A program made the position numbers and the translations under genes. Of a stretch of 64,000 nt of DNA, positions 1 through 10,108 are shown piece after piece. Below the pieces are notes generated by a model. It had not been told where the DNA came from. It ran no database searches and saw nothing but the letters and a program-made list of their open reading frames with translations. How positions within the stretch are numbered: position 1 is the stretch's first letter; every line of letters begins with the position of its first letter. The DNA is from Leptolyngbyaceae cyanobacterium (GTDB taxonomy: Bacteria > Cyanobacteriota > Cyanobacteriia > Phormidesmidales > Phormidesmidaceae), in NCBI GenBank assembly GCA_965263355.1, contig CBDHHL010000056.1:864001-928000 (forward strand). Reading direction: 5' to 3'.

Positions 1-1004
1 CCTTGATAGCCAACAATGGTATCCATAACTGACGATTGGAGCTGAGAGGGTGCCCAATCGTCAGCTATATCCAAGGTCAGATCAAACCAGAATTTACTGC
101 CCTGTCCATAGGTACTTTGAACCTGTAGCTCGCCCCCCATCAGCTCTACAATTTGGCGACTAATGGCTAACCCCAAGCCTGTGCCCTGGGCTTTGTGCTT
201 AGCGCTACCTACTTGTTCAAACGGTAGAAAGATTTTCTTTAAATGTGCCTGGGTCATGCCAATGCCTGTATCTTCTACCTGAAACCGTAAACAGGTTTTG
301 CCAGGGTTACATAGATTGCTGCCGTTGGATACCTCATCTGGCCCTAAGGTACCCACCTTTAAGACAACGTGGCCCTGGTCTGTAAATTTAATAGCATTGC
401 CTAATAAGTTAATTAGCACCTGCCCTAGACGCTTTTCATCAGCGTTAATGGCTGTTGGTAGCTGGTTTAATAGTTCATAGCGAACATCGAGATCCTTTTG
501 CTCAGCCTTGAGCCGACAAATCTCTTTTATACCATACAGAAAATCGTTGAGACCTAAGGGCTGAGGATGGAGTTCTAGCTTGCGGGCTTCAATTTTAGAA
601 AGATCTAAAATATCATTAATTAAAGTCAGCAGATGCTGGGCGCATTGTTGTACAACGGCTAGGCCGCTTTTTTGTTTTTGGCTTGCCTGTCTATCCCGTT
701 GCAGAATTTGAGTGTATCCCAGAATTCCGTTGAGGGGAGTCCGCAGCTCATGGCTCATATTGGCCAAAAATTCGCTCTTAGCCTGATTGGCTTTATCAGC
801 AACTTCTTTGGCAGCTTCCAGGTCTACTTTCGCGGTTTCCACTTCATGTAGAAGTTGCTTGAGCATTAGTTCGCGCCGTTGACTGAGGGTTTCTAACTCG
901 ACCCTCGAGGCCTCTGAACGGGCCAATTTCTTTTCTAAGATGCGGTTACTTCGTTTTAGCTCAGCAACTTGTTGGCTTAAATCGTTTTGGGGTTGCGCCT
1001 CCAT
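1..1004 (-). CDS. Cytoplasmic sensor histidine kinase, probably hybrid; 3' end truncated by the window edge
   Basis: Not in the ORF track because it has no stop. Manual translation from ATG at 1004 gives [31 protein letters not shown] (coiled coil), H-box [22 protein letters not shown]-box [15 protein letters not shown]1 VEDTGIGM and G2 GTGLGLAIS. Confidence 0.9.
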   Translation of the reverse strand, partial: MEAQPQNDLSQQVAELKRSNRILEKKLARSEASRVELETLSQRRELMLKQLLHEVETAKVDLEAAKEVADKANQAKSEFLANMSHELRTPLNGILGYTQILQRDRQASQKQKSGLAVVQQCAQHLLTLINDILDLSKIEARKLELHPQPLGLNDFLYGIKEICRLKAEQKDLDVRYELLNQLPTAINADEKRLGQVLINLLGNAIKFTDQGHVVLKVGTLGPDEVSNGSNLCNPGKTCLRFQVEDTGIGMTQAHLKKIFLPFEQVGSAKHKAQGTGLGLAISRQIVELMGGELQVQSTYGQGSKFWFDLTLDIADDWAPSQLQSSVMDTIVGYQ

Positions 1005-1040
1005 AATCGAATTGCAATGTAAAAAAAGATACTTAAACCC

Positions 1041-2195
1041 CTAGCATGTTCCCAGAAGAACGGTGGTGAAGGTTTCGTTGTGGAAAAACGATCGTCCGGT
1101 CGAATTTAGGGGGCAAATTTCTCCGTAGGCATGAAAACCTAGGTTGGGGAGTTTACCTAAAACCGATTGGGCAATGGCATGTTCCTCACGGGTACGAGTG
1201 CCCAGGGATTTCATCCGGGCGGCACAAGAAACAATCAGGGCAGCGCTGGGTTGATTTCCCTGGTAGGATGCCTGGGCTTTTTTCAGGGCTTGGGACGCTG
1301 CTTCAAGCAGGTCTTCTGTATTCGATTCAGTAAGCTGAATTTGGGCCTGCTCAGGAATTTGACCAAAGTAGTCCATACTGCCGGAGGCCTCATCCTGACT
1401 ATTGGGTCCCCGCACATAAAAGTTGTCTTCCCCTGGTTCAAAAACCGCTAAAGAGCCCCCCCAGGCCCCGCCCACATCATCGATTGAGGTGTCCCCAAAA
1501 TATTGGGTATAAAAATGCTTGATCGATTGGTTATCAACAGTATGCACTGTATTCCCTTGGGCTTTGGTAACCGTTCCCCTGTTACCAATGGGATGCAGCC
1601 CTGTGGCGACACCGCACGATACGATCAGATTACCGGAAAAGACTAGGGTCGTTACCGCATCACTCAGGACCTGCTCGCCAAAGAATTGATAGGTTTGCTG
1701 AAATTTCCAGCCATCTCCTGCCATTCCCCCAAAAATTGGTACATGACTCCCCAAGGCAGTTTGGAGGCCATTGACAATCGCTACGCCATCCACCCCCAGA
1801 CCTTCGCTTACGGTGTAACAAAGTTTGGCGTCTGCTCCATTTAAGTCGGGAATTGCTTGTTGTGTAGCTGCGATCGCATCCTTTGAAACCTCAAGTCCCA
1901 CCCCAGCTCGAATCTCAACCTCGTCCGAGGCAAAGAGCATCAGACTAAGGGAATCTTCTTGAAAGTCCATCATGGATGACATTTCACCTACGGTTGTTCC
2001 CCCAATCAGCGCGATGCCTGGAAACGTTGCCTGAATCTGCTGCAAAATTAAGCCATGATCAAAATCCAGGGCGCTCAGCAGAATGCCAGCCTGGGGTATC
2101 ACATCGGCCAGCTGCTGTCGGCATTGGCTGATGACTTCATCAATGGCCATTTTGGAGTCTGGATCAATGCTGTGGCCAACCACTACTTTAAACAT
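1041..2195 (-). CDS. FIST N/C domain signal transduction protein (NosP-like)
   Basis: Motifs IGGTTVGE, PIFGGMAGD, SCAAR and GFHAYGEI...FHNET; directly upstream of the histidine kinase. Confidence 0.9.
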   Translation of the reverse strand: MFKVVVGHSIDPDSKMAIDEVISQCRQQLADVIPQAGILLSALDFDHGLILQQIQATFPGIALIGGTTVGEMSSMMDFQEDSLSLMLFASDEVEIRAGVGLEVSKDAIAATQQAIPDLNGADAKLCYTVSEGLGVDGVAIVNGLQTALGSHVPIFGGMAGDGWKFQQTYQFFGEQVLSDAVTTLVFSGNLIVSCGVATGLHPIGNRGTVTKAQGNTVHTVDNQSIKHFYTQYFGDTSIDDVGGAWGGSLAVFEPGEDNFYVRGPNSQDEASGSMDYFGQIPEQAQIQLTESNTEDLLEAASQALKKAQASYQGNQPSAALIVSCAARMKSLGTRTREEHAIAQSVLGKLPNLGFHAYGEICPLNSTGRSFFHNETFTTVLLGTC

Positions 2196-2578
2196 AAAAG
2201 GCGTGATAACTGAGGAAAACTACCTTGGGGAACTAAAATGAAGCGCACCAATCAATCAAATCTGATTAGTTTGGGTTAATTTGGGATAGATGCCAAATGA
2301 CATGGGCTCAGTATGCCCATCGTTAAGCTGTGTAGAATTAGCCTGGTCTAAGTTTAGCTAATTCCTGATAGTCAGCAATTAAGTCTTACTAGTGATCCCC
2401 ATAGGATCAGTAATTCAATCATGGGCCAATTGCTCCCCTCTCGCCCCCTCTCGGAAAGTGGGCTGTTGCTCGGGTGAGGTGGGGGTTATGGCGGAGACAG
2501 TTATAGTTGTTTCGCGCTGTTGTTATGGATAAGTTGGAAAAGATAATTTAGGGGTATGGCTGTTTAAAAGCCCTTCTG

Positions 2579-3136
2579 TTACTTGACTATTTTTTGGGTA
2601 AAGTACCGTTTAGAGTGGCGGCTTACCATAAGCCATATCCCCGGAAGACCTTGTAGGGCCAAAATCAGTAACTCCCAGAGAACGTTTCTGGCTAGCTGGG
2701 CATAGCTGTTGTAACCGCAGAAAATGGCAACATTACTCCAAGCATTCTCTGGTCGCCAACAGTCATAGGGCGGCGTATGTAAACCTTTGCCAGGTTCCAT
2801 CGCTCGAAATATGAGCTGTATATAGTGCATATGATCGATGCTGATTATCGCCCCAGCAATCATCAGGATACCGATTAGCCATCGAGCGTAGGGGAGTCCT
2901 TTCTCAAGACCATAGAACAGCCAGAGCCAGAGGGTCAGTAAAATAAAGCTCAGCAAACATTGGGGGATAAATGACTGTAACCAACAGTTGTCAATTAAGT
3001 CGGTAACAGCACAAACCCGATAGCTCACCCCCATGGAAACGAGTGTCCCAAGACACAGCAATAACAGATAAAACTGGAGCAGCCATACCAGTAAAGGCCG
3101 CTCAGATTCGTTGGTAGGGGTATTGCCGGTTGACAT
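2579..3136 (-). CDS. Hypothetical membrane protein (~4 TM helices)
   Basis: 185-aa ORF with several hydrophobic segments; no family recognised. Confidence 0.6.
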   Translation of the reverse strand: MSTGNTPTNESERPLLVWLLQFYLLLLCLGTLVSMGVSYRVCAVTDLIDNCWLQSFIPQCLLSFILLTLWLWLFYGLEKGLPYARWLIGILMIAGAIISIDHMHYIQLIFRAMEPGKGLHTPPYDCWRPENAWSNVAIFCGYNSYAQLARNVLWELLILALQGLPGIWLMVSRHSKRYFTQKIVK

Positions 3137-3209
3137 GATTAAACCTGGCTGATGTGATTAATGATGCGATGCTCCCCCCATTTGCTTCAGCCTAGAACCC
3201 CGATTTTTC

Positions 3210-3252
3210 GGCCTAGAACCCCGGTTTTTCAAAAAAACCGGGGTTCTAGGCC
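3210..3252. terminator. Perfect 20-bp inverted repeat at the 3' end of the Rieske gene, with a partial extra direct copy at 3190-3208
   Basis: GGCCTAGAACCCCGGTTTTT-CAA-AAAAACCGGGGTTCTAGGCC overlaps the stop codon. Confidence 0.65.
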
Positions 3253-4295
3253 GTATAAATTTTGCTCAAACCTAGTTTGGCTAATCCTTTACGGTAGGCG
3301 ATAGATGTTTTATCTGCCTCAATGTGGCATTCGGTCCGTAGATCGAGGGGCAGGTCCTCGGGGTACTGAGCCTCGACGATTTCCTGATCTTCAGTAAAAA
3401 TTTGCCGGTTAAACTCATAGACCGGTTCCAGGGGCTGATCTTGATCAAAATTACGACATAGGGGCGAAAACAAGCGTGTTTTACGGGCCGAAATGGGAGA
3501 CGGTGCATTCAAGATGCATAGCCGCCCCCCTTTGGGAAAATGTACCCGTAGAATAGCGGCAAAGGGTAAAAATACATCGAAGACCCGCAGCCATTGAAAA
3601 TCTGCCGGGGCTCGATGCTGGAGTGCCTTGGGAAAGTTACTCACGGTACTGAAATATTCTGCCCTCAGACCATGGGATGTGGGTGTGACTTTATAAGGGG
3701 GGACCTCTGGATTATCACGGCTGGCAAAGGCTTTGTGGTGCACCCAGGCAAAGTGGGCCACATCGAGAAAGCCTTCCATTTGCCGACCGACGGCAGCGTT
3801 AATATCCAGGCTATCGGGCAAAATTGGCTGATAATCAGGACTATCCCATTCCGGTAGCTGGGGTAAGTTAGCATCACTACCATCCCCAGTCAGTGTGGTC
3901 CACACTAGACCATAGGCTTCTCGCACGGGATAGGTTTTGAGACAGAGTCGGGCTGGAATGCTGGCCTGGGAATTAGCTGGGATCAAGGTGCAGGCTCCGC
4001 TAGCATCGTAGTGAAAGCCATGATACTTACAGATCAGCTGATCGTTTTCAATATGCCCCATGCTCATGGGGACACCGCGATGGAGGCAGAGGTCGTTGGC
4101 AACGGAAACGCCCTGGCTGGTGCGCCAAATAACGAGACGCTGGTCTAATAGAGTAGCGGCGACGGGACTGTCGGTGACATTGTGGCTGAAGGCGACGGGA
4201 AACCAGAAGGGTGCGATCGCATCCCAATCTCCATTGAAAAATGTACAACCACGCGGGTAGTGCCCCAACGATTTATTCACCTCAATTGCCCCCAT
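3246..4295 (-). CDS. Rieske non-heme iron oxygenase alpha subunit (VanA/NdmA-like demethylase family)
   Basis: Rieske motif CLHRG...CKYHG; mononuclear Fe motif EGFLDVAHFAWVH; C-terminal EDQEIVE. Confidence 0.9.
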   Translation of the reverse strand: MGAIEVNKSLGHYPRGCTFFNGDWDAIAPFWFPVAFSHNVTDSPVAATLLDQRLVIWRTSQGVSVANDLCLHRGVPMSMGHIENDQLICKYHGFHYDASGACTLIPANSQASIPARLCLKTYPVREAYGLVWTTLTGDGSDANLPQLPEWDSPDYQPILPDSLDINAAVGRQMEGFLDVAHFAWVHHKAFASRDNPEVPPYKVTPTSHGLRAEYFSTVSNFPKALQHRAPADFQWLRVFDVFLPFAAILRVHFPKGGRLCILNAPSPISARKTRLFSPLCRNFDQDQPLEPVYEFNRQIFTEDQEIVEAQYPEDLPLDLRTECHIEADKTSIAYRKGLAKLGLSKIYTA

Positions 4296-4638
4296 CGTTA
4301 TCTCAATCCGCTAAAAATTCTATCTTTAGAGAAATCCTCTGACTGTTATAGTGACTAACTGAAACTGTTCCTTCTGTGACCGTTTTGACGATTGCATACC
4401 ACTATTTAGGCGTATCCTTGCCCAAATTATTAACTATCTATATTGGATTTGGCATTGGATTCGCTGTCCGGCCCCATAGACTAAAACTGCAGTACAATCC
4501 CTTTAGTCTTTCAATTGAATGCATAAGCTAAACGTATCGTTGCATATGGTTACATTTCTTAAGAAAAGGTCCATAATATAGCTGACCACTTACTCAGGTT
4601 TCGGCTTTAAAGCTATCGAAATCGCTCACTGAACAGGA

Positions 4639-5394
4639 ATGACATCCTTCGTGCTAGGCAATTTACCATTTCCAGGACAGGGCGGTGACCAGGTAGTCAG
4701 CAAGGCGGTGAGTACCGCCATTGCAGCTCTGTTTAAGCGTACGGGTAAGCTGGAAGCGACCGTACGGGCTGAACCTGTCGCCAAGTTGCTTCAGGGAAGC
4801 GTTGACGGCTTTGATTTTGTCGGTCATGGCATGCTGATGTATAACGGCTTGCGCATAAAAGCAATAGAGCTGTTTGTGCAGGCTGTGTCGATTGACTTTG
4901 GAGCTATATTTAAGGGTCAGGTGCGGATTAAGCAGCCCACCCAGGCATCCATGCGTGTGGTGCTGACCGAAGAAGATTTGACCACGTCATTCAATACGCC
5001 ATTTGTGGTGGATAAGCTACAGCGTATGGAATTTGAGGGTCAACCCCTCCATTTCAGCAATACTGAAATGATATTAAACGATGACAAATCCATTAGTCTG
5101 ACTAGTCAGGTCCGGGTTGGCAGTACCTCTGCCATGCCTCAGTTTATAAATATTACGGCCAATGTTGAGGTGCATGAACGTACTAAGATTGCCTTTGTAG
5201 ATGCGACCTGCATTGGTATGGATAAGGATATTGCTTTAGGTAAGGCAATTGTTGACCATGTCAATGCCTTAATGGACTTAGATTCCTTTGCGCTAGACGG
5301 AACTCGGCTACGGATTGATAAAGTACGGATGCGTAATAAGGAATTGATTTTTTATGGCGTTGCCCATATTAATCAGTTTCCTCAAAAGAATTAG
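4639..5394 (+). CDS. DUF2993/LmeA-family putative lipid-binding protein
   Basis: Typical cyanobacterial DUF2993 features (KLLQGSVDG, VVLTEEDLTTSFN). Confidence 0.75.
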   Translation: MTSFVLGNLPFPGQGGDQVVSKAVSTAIAALFKRTGKLEATVRAEPVAKLLQGSVDGFDFVGHGMLMYNGLRIKAIELFVQAVSIDFGAIFKGQVRIKQPTQASMRVVLTEEDLTTSFNTPFVVDKLQRMEFEGQPLHFSNTEMILNDDKSISLTSQVRVGSTSAMPQFINITANVEVHERTKIAFVDATCIGMDKDIALGKAIVDHVNALMDLDSFALDGTRLRIDKVRMRNKELIFYGVAHINQFPQKN

Positions 5395-5504
5395 TCCTAC
5401 GGCTAGTGCAGCGTCAATCCTGAAAATTAGGATGTAGTATACGGTCGCATCCTTTCTGGCCTGGTTTTGGCCCAGTCCTGCTAATTAAAGGGGCTAACTG
5501 ACCC

Positions 5505-6035
5505 ATGGAAAAGGTGGCTGTATTTGGTAACGCGGGGGGTGGTAAGTCCACCCTCAGTCAACGATTGGCAGAAATGACGGGCTTGCCTTGGGTGCCGCTG
5601 GATCGGATGAAATATAAGCCCGGTGGCGCTGAAGTGCCCCATGGGGAGTTCAAGGCGGCTCACGATGAACTCTTACAGCAAGACCAGTGGATTGTGGATG
5701 GCTTTGGGTCCCTGGATACCGTGTGGGATCGGCTAAGTGTGGCCGATACGCTGGTGTATTTGGATATGTCGGTACTGCTTCATTATTGGTGGGTGACCAA
5801 GCGCTTTTTCAAAGGAGCACCCCCTGCAGGTTGGCCAGATCAAAGTCCTCTTCTACAAGGGACTTTAAACGCGTACCGCATAGTCTGGCTATGCCACACA
5901 AAACTCACACCCAGGTATCGGGAGTATGTGGAACGGGCTAGGGTAAATAAACGGGTGTATCATTTGCGATCGCCCCAAGCCATAATGCATTTTCTCAACA
6001 CCGTCGCAGCAGACTATGCAGATAAACGCCCATGA
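5505..6035 (+). CDS. P-loop kinase, adenylate kinase/FlaR-like
   Basis: Walker A GNAGGGKST and WIVDG motif. Confidence 0.85.
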   Translation: MEKVAVFGNAGGGKSTLSQRLAEMTGLPWVPLDRMKYKPGGAEVPHGEFKAAHDELLQQDQWIVDGFGSLDTVWDRLSVADTLVYLDMSVLLHYWWVTKRFFKGAPPAGWPDQSPLLQGTLNAYRIVWLCHTKLTPRYREYVERARVNKRVYHLRSPQAIMHFLNTVAADYADKRP

Positions 6036-6397
6036 ACCTTGACATCGATTTATCTATGACAAAACGCCCAACCAATAGCTATGACCAGTACCACGCCCAC
6101 GTTTATTTCGATGGAAACTCCGTCGAAAAAGCCTCTGCTCTATGTCAGAAGGCTGGAGAACTGTTTGGGGTAAAGGTGGGGCGGTTACATCTAAAACCGG
6201 TTGGGCCACACCCTTGTCGGAGTTGCCAACTGGCATTTGATAACACTCAATTTGATCAACTGATCCCCTGGTTGGATAGCAACCGAGATGGTTTGACAGT
6301 GCTTGTCCATGGGCTAACGGGAAGCGATCTTGCCGATCATACTGACCATGCGTCCTGGCTGGGAGATCCTGTACCGCTAAATCTCTTGATTTTTTAG
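6032..6397 (+). CDS. DOPA 4,5-dioxygenase family protein
   Basis: YHAHVYF, PVGPHP and VLVHGLTG...DHT motifs; 4-bp overlap with the upstream gene. Confidence 0.9.
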   Translation: MNLDIDLSMTKRPTNSYDQYHAHVYFDGNSVEKASALCQKAGELFGVKVGRLHLKPVGPHPCRSCQLAFDNTQFDQLIPWLDSNRDGLTVLVHGLTGSDLADHTDHASWLGDPVPLNLLIF

Positions 6398-6400
6398 TGA

Positions 6401-8170
6401 TTAGAACGAGAACTGGGTCTGCAAATTGAAGATGTGGATATCGGGATTATTACCAAAGTTGTTGGCATTGCGAATCCAATAGTAGGACGGAACAATGGCA
6501 AAGTTGGATGTGAGAGGGTAGCGATAGGACACCTCCAGTTCTTCTTGAACAGAACCATCGCCACCGCCAGAAATTAGAAAATCGCGTCCATCAGTCACAT
6601 CAAAGGGTCTTAGGTAGGAAATTGTTGCCAGGGAGCCTGTTTTAAGCAAGTCATGAAACGCTAATCCTAGCTGAAGAGATTGGGCATTGACTTCTCCATC
6701 AGGGAGTCCAGGGGTAATCACCTGTAAATCAGTACTACCGTAACTATAGCGACCAAATAGCCCCAACCAGTTTAGCGGCTGCCAATCAAAATTAAACATG
6801 AGAGTATCGGCAGTGGCACCCTCTAGCGGCCCACCAAATCCGTCATCCGCAAAGCCATAGAGGGGTTCACTAATAGCTCCACCAACAAACCCATTACCAT
6901 TAGCCTCTAACTCAGTCCGGTTGTAGAGAAACCGAAGGGTTAAATCATCGGTTGGATAAACTTCAACTTGAGCTGTCAGTGTGTTAGTTCCGTCGAACAG
7001 TCCTCGTGATGAATCACTGGATGAGTTTGATGGATTTGTAATAAACTCAGTAGCCTCTGCTAAATAGCCCAAAGTAAATTCAACCTTGTCAATCACATCC
7101 CATTCAACGACTACACCAGCCCCTCGATCCACCGCGTTTACCTGGGTCCCCCCGTTGGAGTTAAAGCTATTGGCACCAGTTACTAGGAATGTGTACTTGT
7201 TATAGTCAAAGTGTCGATACCAGTTGATTTTAGGACCCACCGTGATAAAAAACTTTTCCCCAGCAGGAAAGGAATAAAATGCTTCCCGAAGAATGACATT
7301 ATCTTCAGAACTTCCCCCTTGCTGGGCCGTAAACGGTGTGCCAAAGGTATTAAACAAACCAGCAGAGGCAAAATCATTCGCTGGGGCAACACCGTCACCC
7401 ACTGCCAGCTGCAGGATCAAGCTATCCTCACCGGTAAAGGAGGTCAATAAATTTAGCCAGGTTAAATAGCTAAAAGTGACCTCGGGATTGTCGGTAATGG
7501 TGCGAATTACTGGGTCGCCAGCCGTATCTCGATCTGGAGAAAACACGTTGATGCCTTCTGCCTGCACATCTCCACCAGCCGTGATCCCAGTTAAATGGGT
7601 AAACACTCGACCGCTGAGTTTTGTTGTTGTAGAGAATTGAGTATCCTGTAGCATCATCACATCCGCTTCCAGGTTGTCGACTTGAGCGCGAATGGAGGCT
7701 AGCTCAGCAGCAAAGTCTTCCTGTAAACGCTGAATGGTTTCTAAATCAGGGCTGTCGGGTAACAACGCCACAATGACATCCAAGCAGGCATTCAATCCAG
7801 CGGCAAACTCGTAGCGAGTCATGGCTTGATTCCCGCCAAAGGTGCTGTCTGGATAGCCTTCAAGGCAGCCATATTCTTCCACAAGAAGAGTCAGGGCAGT
7901 GTAGGCCCAATCTGTCGGTAGAACATCATCCAGTTCGCTTACGCTAGTAACTTGTGAGATTTCGACACCAGATGATTTCAACTCATTAGAGTCTACATTA
8001 GCAACAACGCTCGTCTGTTGGCTCTCACTAACAATGGATTCATCTACAATCGATTCACTCGCAAATACATTTCCCGCTAGAGTCCCAACCCAAATCCCTG
8101 TTGTCAACAATACGTTGGAGAAAAATGAGTCCGTTAATGAAACTTGTACACTTACCGCCCCTAAAAACAT
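6401..8170 (-). CDS. Cyanobacterial outer-membrane porin (SLH + OprB, 'iron uptake porin' family)
   Basis: SVSELDDVLPTDWAY...YGCLEGYPD...TRYEFAAGLNACLD SLH domain, FSTTTKLSG, C-terminal Phe (TQFSF). Confidence 0.92.
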   Translation of the reverse strand: MFLGAVSVQVSLTDSFFSNVLLTTGIWVGTLAGNVFASESIVDESIVSESQQTSVVANVDSNELKSSGVEISQVTSVSELDDVLPTDWAYTALTLLVEEYGCLEGYPDSTFGGNQAMTRYEFAAGLNACLDVIVALLPDSPDLETIQRLQEDFAAELASIRAQVDNLEADVMMLQDTQFSTTTKLSGRVFTHLTGITAGGDVQAEGINVFSPDRDTAGDPVIRTITDNPEVTFSYLTWLNLLTSFTGEDSLILQLAVGDGVAPANDFASAGLFNTFGTPFTAQQGGSSEDNVILREAFYSFPAGEKFFITVGPKINWYRHFDYNKYTFLVTGANSFNSNGGTQVNAVDRGAGVVVEWDVIDKVEFTLGYLAEATEFITNPSNSSSDSSRGLFDGTNTLTAQVEVYPTDDLTLRFLYNRTELEANGNGFVGGAISEPLYGFADDGFGGPLEGATADTLMFNFDWQPLNWLGLFGRYSYGSTDLQVITPGLPDGEVNAQSLQLGLAFHDLLKTGSLATISYLRPFDVTDGRDFLISGGGDGSVQEELEVSYRYPLTSNFAIVPSYYWIRNANNFGNNPDIHIFNLQTQFSF

Positions 8171-8214
8171 CTAGTCAATTCCTCAAAATGAGTCCGTTAA
8201 TGAAACCTGTACAC
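8122..8214. repeat. Two 30-bp direct repeats (one mismatch) separated by 33 bp, spanning the porin start
   Basis: AAAATGAGTCCGTTAATGAAACyTGTACAC at 8122-8151 and 8185-8214. Confidence 0.85.
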
Positions 8215-8217
8215 CCC

Positions 8218-8265
8218 TTAGTGATGCAGAAAAGGCTTAAAAACCCTGCTACTGTGCATCACTAA
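8218..8265. terminator. Inverted repeat between pirin and porin (possible terminator or stabilising hairpin)
   Basis: TTAGTGATGCA ... TGCATCACTAA, 11-bp arms. Confidence 0.5.
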
Positions 8266-8294
8266 GCATCACTAACTCAAGCAGAAATCTAGAC

Positions 8295-9182
8295 TTAACT
8301 TTTAACAAGCGGTAAATCTTCAGGCAAAGGAATAAATTCTGTTTCCTCTGGAACCTGACTAAATTTCCAGTTAAGCCAGTCCTGTTTGGCTTGTTCAATA
8401 CGTTCGGGGCGACTGGAGACAAAATTCCACCACTTATATCGCGTGCCTAGCGGTTCCCCACCGATGACAATGCATCGCCCACCTGTACCAGCCGCAATCT
8501 CCACTGACTGTTGCGGTTCTAATGTGACTAGACGATGCTGTTCTAAGGGATTTCCATCAAGGGCAATTCCTGGAGTCACACTGTACACAGCCCTTTCTGT
8601 GTAAGGAGTTGTGAGCGTAAAGCTGTCGCCTTTGTGAAATTGCAGATCCAGATACAGGATAGGCGAAAAGGTTTTGACAGGGGAAACGCGATTGTAGGCT
8701 TCACCAGCAACCAAGGTAACGGTGACACCATTGCTCTCCCAAGTGGGAATATCCGTGGCGGGATGATGGTAAAAACTGGGGGCAGTTTCTTCCGATTCTT
8801 CAGGTAGCGCGACCCAGGTTTGAATTCCGTGTAGCCGAGACTCTACTGCACGGTCTGCGTCCGGAGAACGCTCTGAATGAGAAATCCCGTGTCCAGCGGT
8901 CATCCAGTTTACTTCGCCAGGACGAATTTCTTGCACTGTTCCTAGGCTATCTCGGTGGAGTAAGGCCCCCTCAAACAAATAGGTGACGGTGGCCAAATTG
9001 ATGTGGGGATGGGGACGCACATCAACACCTTTACCAGCAGGAAACACCGCTGGCCCTAGGTGATCAAAGAAGATAAAGGGGCCGACCATCACACGTTCGT
9101 CACTGGGGAGTAGACGTCGGGCTTCAAAACCGCCCAGATCTTGAACATGGGGCTTGATGGTTGTTTGCATAACAGTTCTCAT
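8295..9182 (-). CDS. Pirin family protein
   Basis: GPFIFFDH, PHPHINLATVTYLFEG, HRDSLG and WMTAGHGISHSE motifs. Confidence 0.95.
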   Translation of the reverse strand: MRTVMQTTIKPHVQDLGGFEARRLLPSDERVMVGPFIFFDHLGPAVFPAGKGVDVRPHPHINLATVTYLFEGALLHRDSLGTVQEIRPGEVNWMTAGHGISHSERSPDADRAVESRLHGIQTWVALPEESEETAPSFYHHPATDIPTWESNGVTVTLVAGEAYNRVSPVKTFSPILYLDLQFHKGDSFTLTTPYTERAVYSVTPGIALDGNPLEQHRLVTLEPQQSVEIAAGTGGRCIVIGGEPLGTRYKWWNFVSSRPERIEQAKQDWLNWKFSQVPEETEFIPLPEDLPLVKS

Positions 9183-9233
9183 TGATTCAATAATCGAGGC
9201 TTTTTACGATCGCTAACCGAAAGGGATCAGTGC

Positions 9234-9338
9234 TCAGCGAATCAAGATACAGAAACAATCTCCCATGACTGTCCACAGTCGCTGCCACAGGTGGTGCCAG
9301 GTTGTTTTTTGTAATACGTTCCAGATAAAAGCACTCAT
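9234..9338 (-). CDS. Candidate 34-aa small protein MSAFIWNVLQKTTWHHLWQRLWTVMGDCFCILIR
   Basis: AGGAG Shine-Dalgarno 7 nt upstream of ATG; fills the gap between the ABM and pirin genes on the same strand. Confidence 0.4.
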   Translation of the reverse strand: MSAFIWNVLQKTTWHHLWQRLWTVMGDCFCILIR

Positions 9339-9363
9339 TTGGCATCTCCTATCAATGCATTAT

Positions 9364-9957
9364 TCAGACCGTAAACAACCAACGCTTAAACCAACGGGTG
9401 AGGCGTGGCATGATGACATAGGACAAGAGAATGACAGTAATGGCCACACTGACTGCTACCCGCAGTAGCCAGGGTAAATGTTGCAGTATGGGAGCGAGTA
9501 AAGGATGTACCAACAGGGAAACAAGCATCACTGCTATCCAAACTAAAATAGCCTGTTTATAGCGCTTGGGTGGAGGCTTCGACATGGGCTCAGCTGAACG
9601 GGGCGCAGCTTGTTTGGGGAGTTGAAACCAGGACTCTAGCCCCGTCAAAACCTGTACCGATTCTTGTTCCTGAATCAACGGTTGGACTCGCTCAATCCAG
9701 CCTTTGCGGACATCGGAGTTGAGCCAGTCATTAAGATGGGGACAGGAGTCAAACTGGAGCACAATCACGTAGTCAGATGATTCGCCACCAGGCTGGGGGC
9801 GCAGGATGCTTACCCCCAAATGGCCCTGAAACTGTCGAGCATCAGCGGCGATGCCCTTGATCCATTCTTCATATCCTTCTGTGCGCCCCGATCTCACCCG
9901 ATGGGTAATCACAGCGGTTACATGTTGGCTTTTATCGGTCATGGTGCGATGGAACAA
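9364..9957 (-). CDS. Antibiotic biosynthesis monooxygenase (ABM) domain protein with C-terminal TM helices
   Basis: VTAVITHRV...YEEW...GHLG ABM fold, TGLESWF, two hydrophobic helices. Confidence 0.85.
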   Translation of the reverse strand: MFHRTMTDKSQHVTAVITHRVRSGRTEGYEEWIKGIAADARQFQGHLGVSILRPQPGGESSDYVIVLQFDSCPHLNDWLNSDVRKGWIERVQPLIQEQESVQVLTGLESWFQLPKQAAPRSAEPMSKPPPKRYKQAILVWIAVMLVSLLVHPLLAPILQHLPWLLRVAVSVAITVILLSYVIMPRLTRWFKRWLFTV

Positions 9958-10030
9958 GCGCTGACTAGTCAGTTCGCGATCAGAATTAGCAGTTGTATTC
10001 GCTAAGTCTATAGCATTTATTCAGGCGCAG

Positions 10031-10101
10031 GGGTATCCACCTCAAACAGAACATTCTATGGCCCTCATACCATCAGATTTTTTCGTCTTGAGTGGATACC
10101 C
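10031..10101. terminator. Long-loop inverted repeat downstream of the YcaC-like gene
   Basis: GGGTATCCAC(C)TCAA ... TTGAGTGGATACCC. Confidence 0.45.
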
Positions 10102-10108
10102 AATCGAC

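Noticed and set aside
8122..8214. Mini CRISPR array (30-bp repeat, 33-bp spacer, contains TGAAAC)
   Set aside because: Only two copies, one inside a CDS, no internal palindrome and no cas genes in the window
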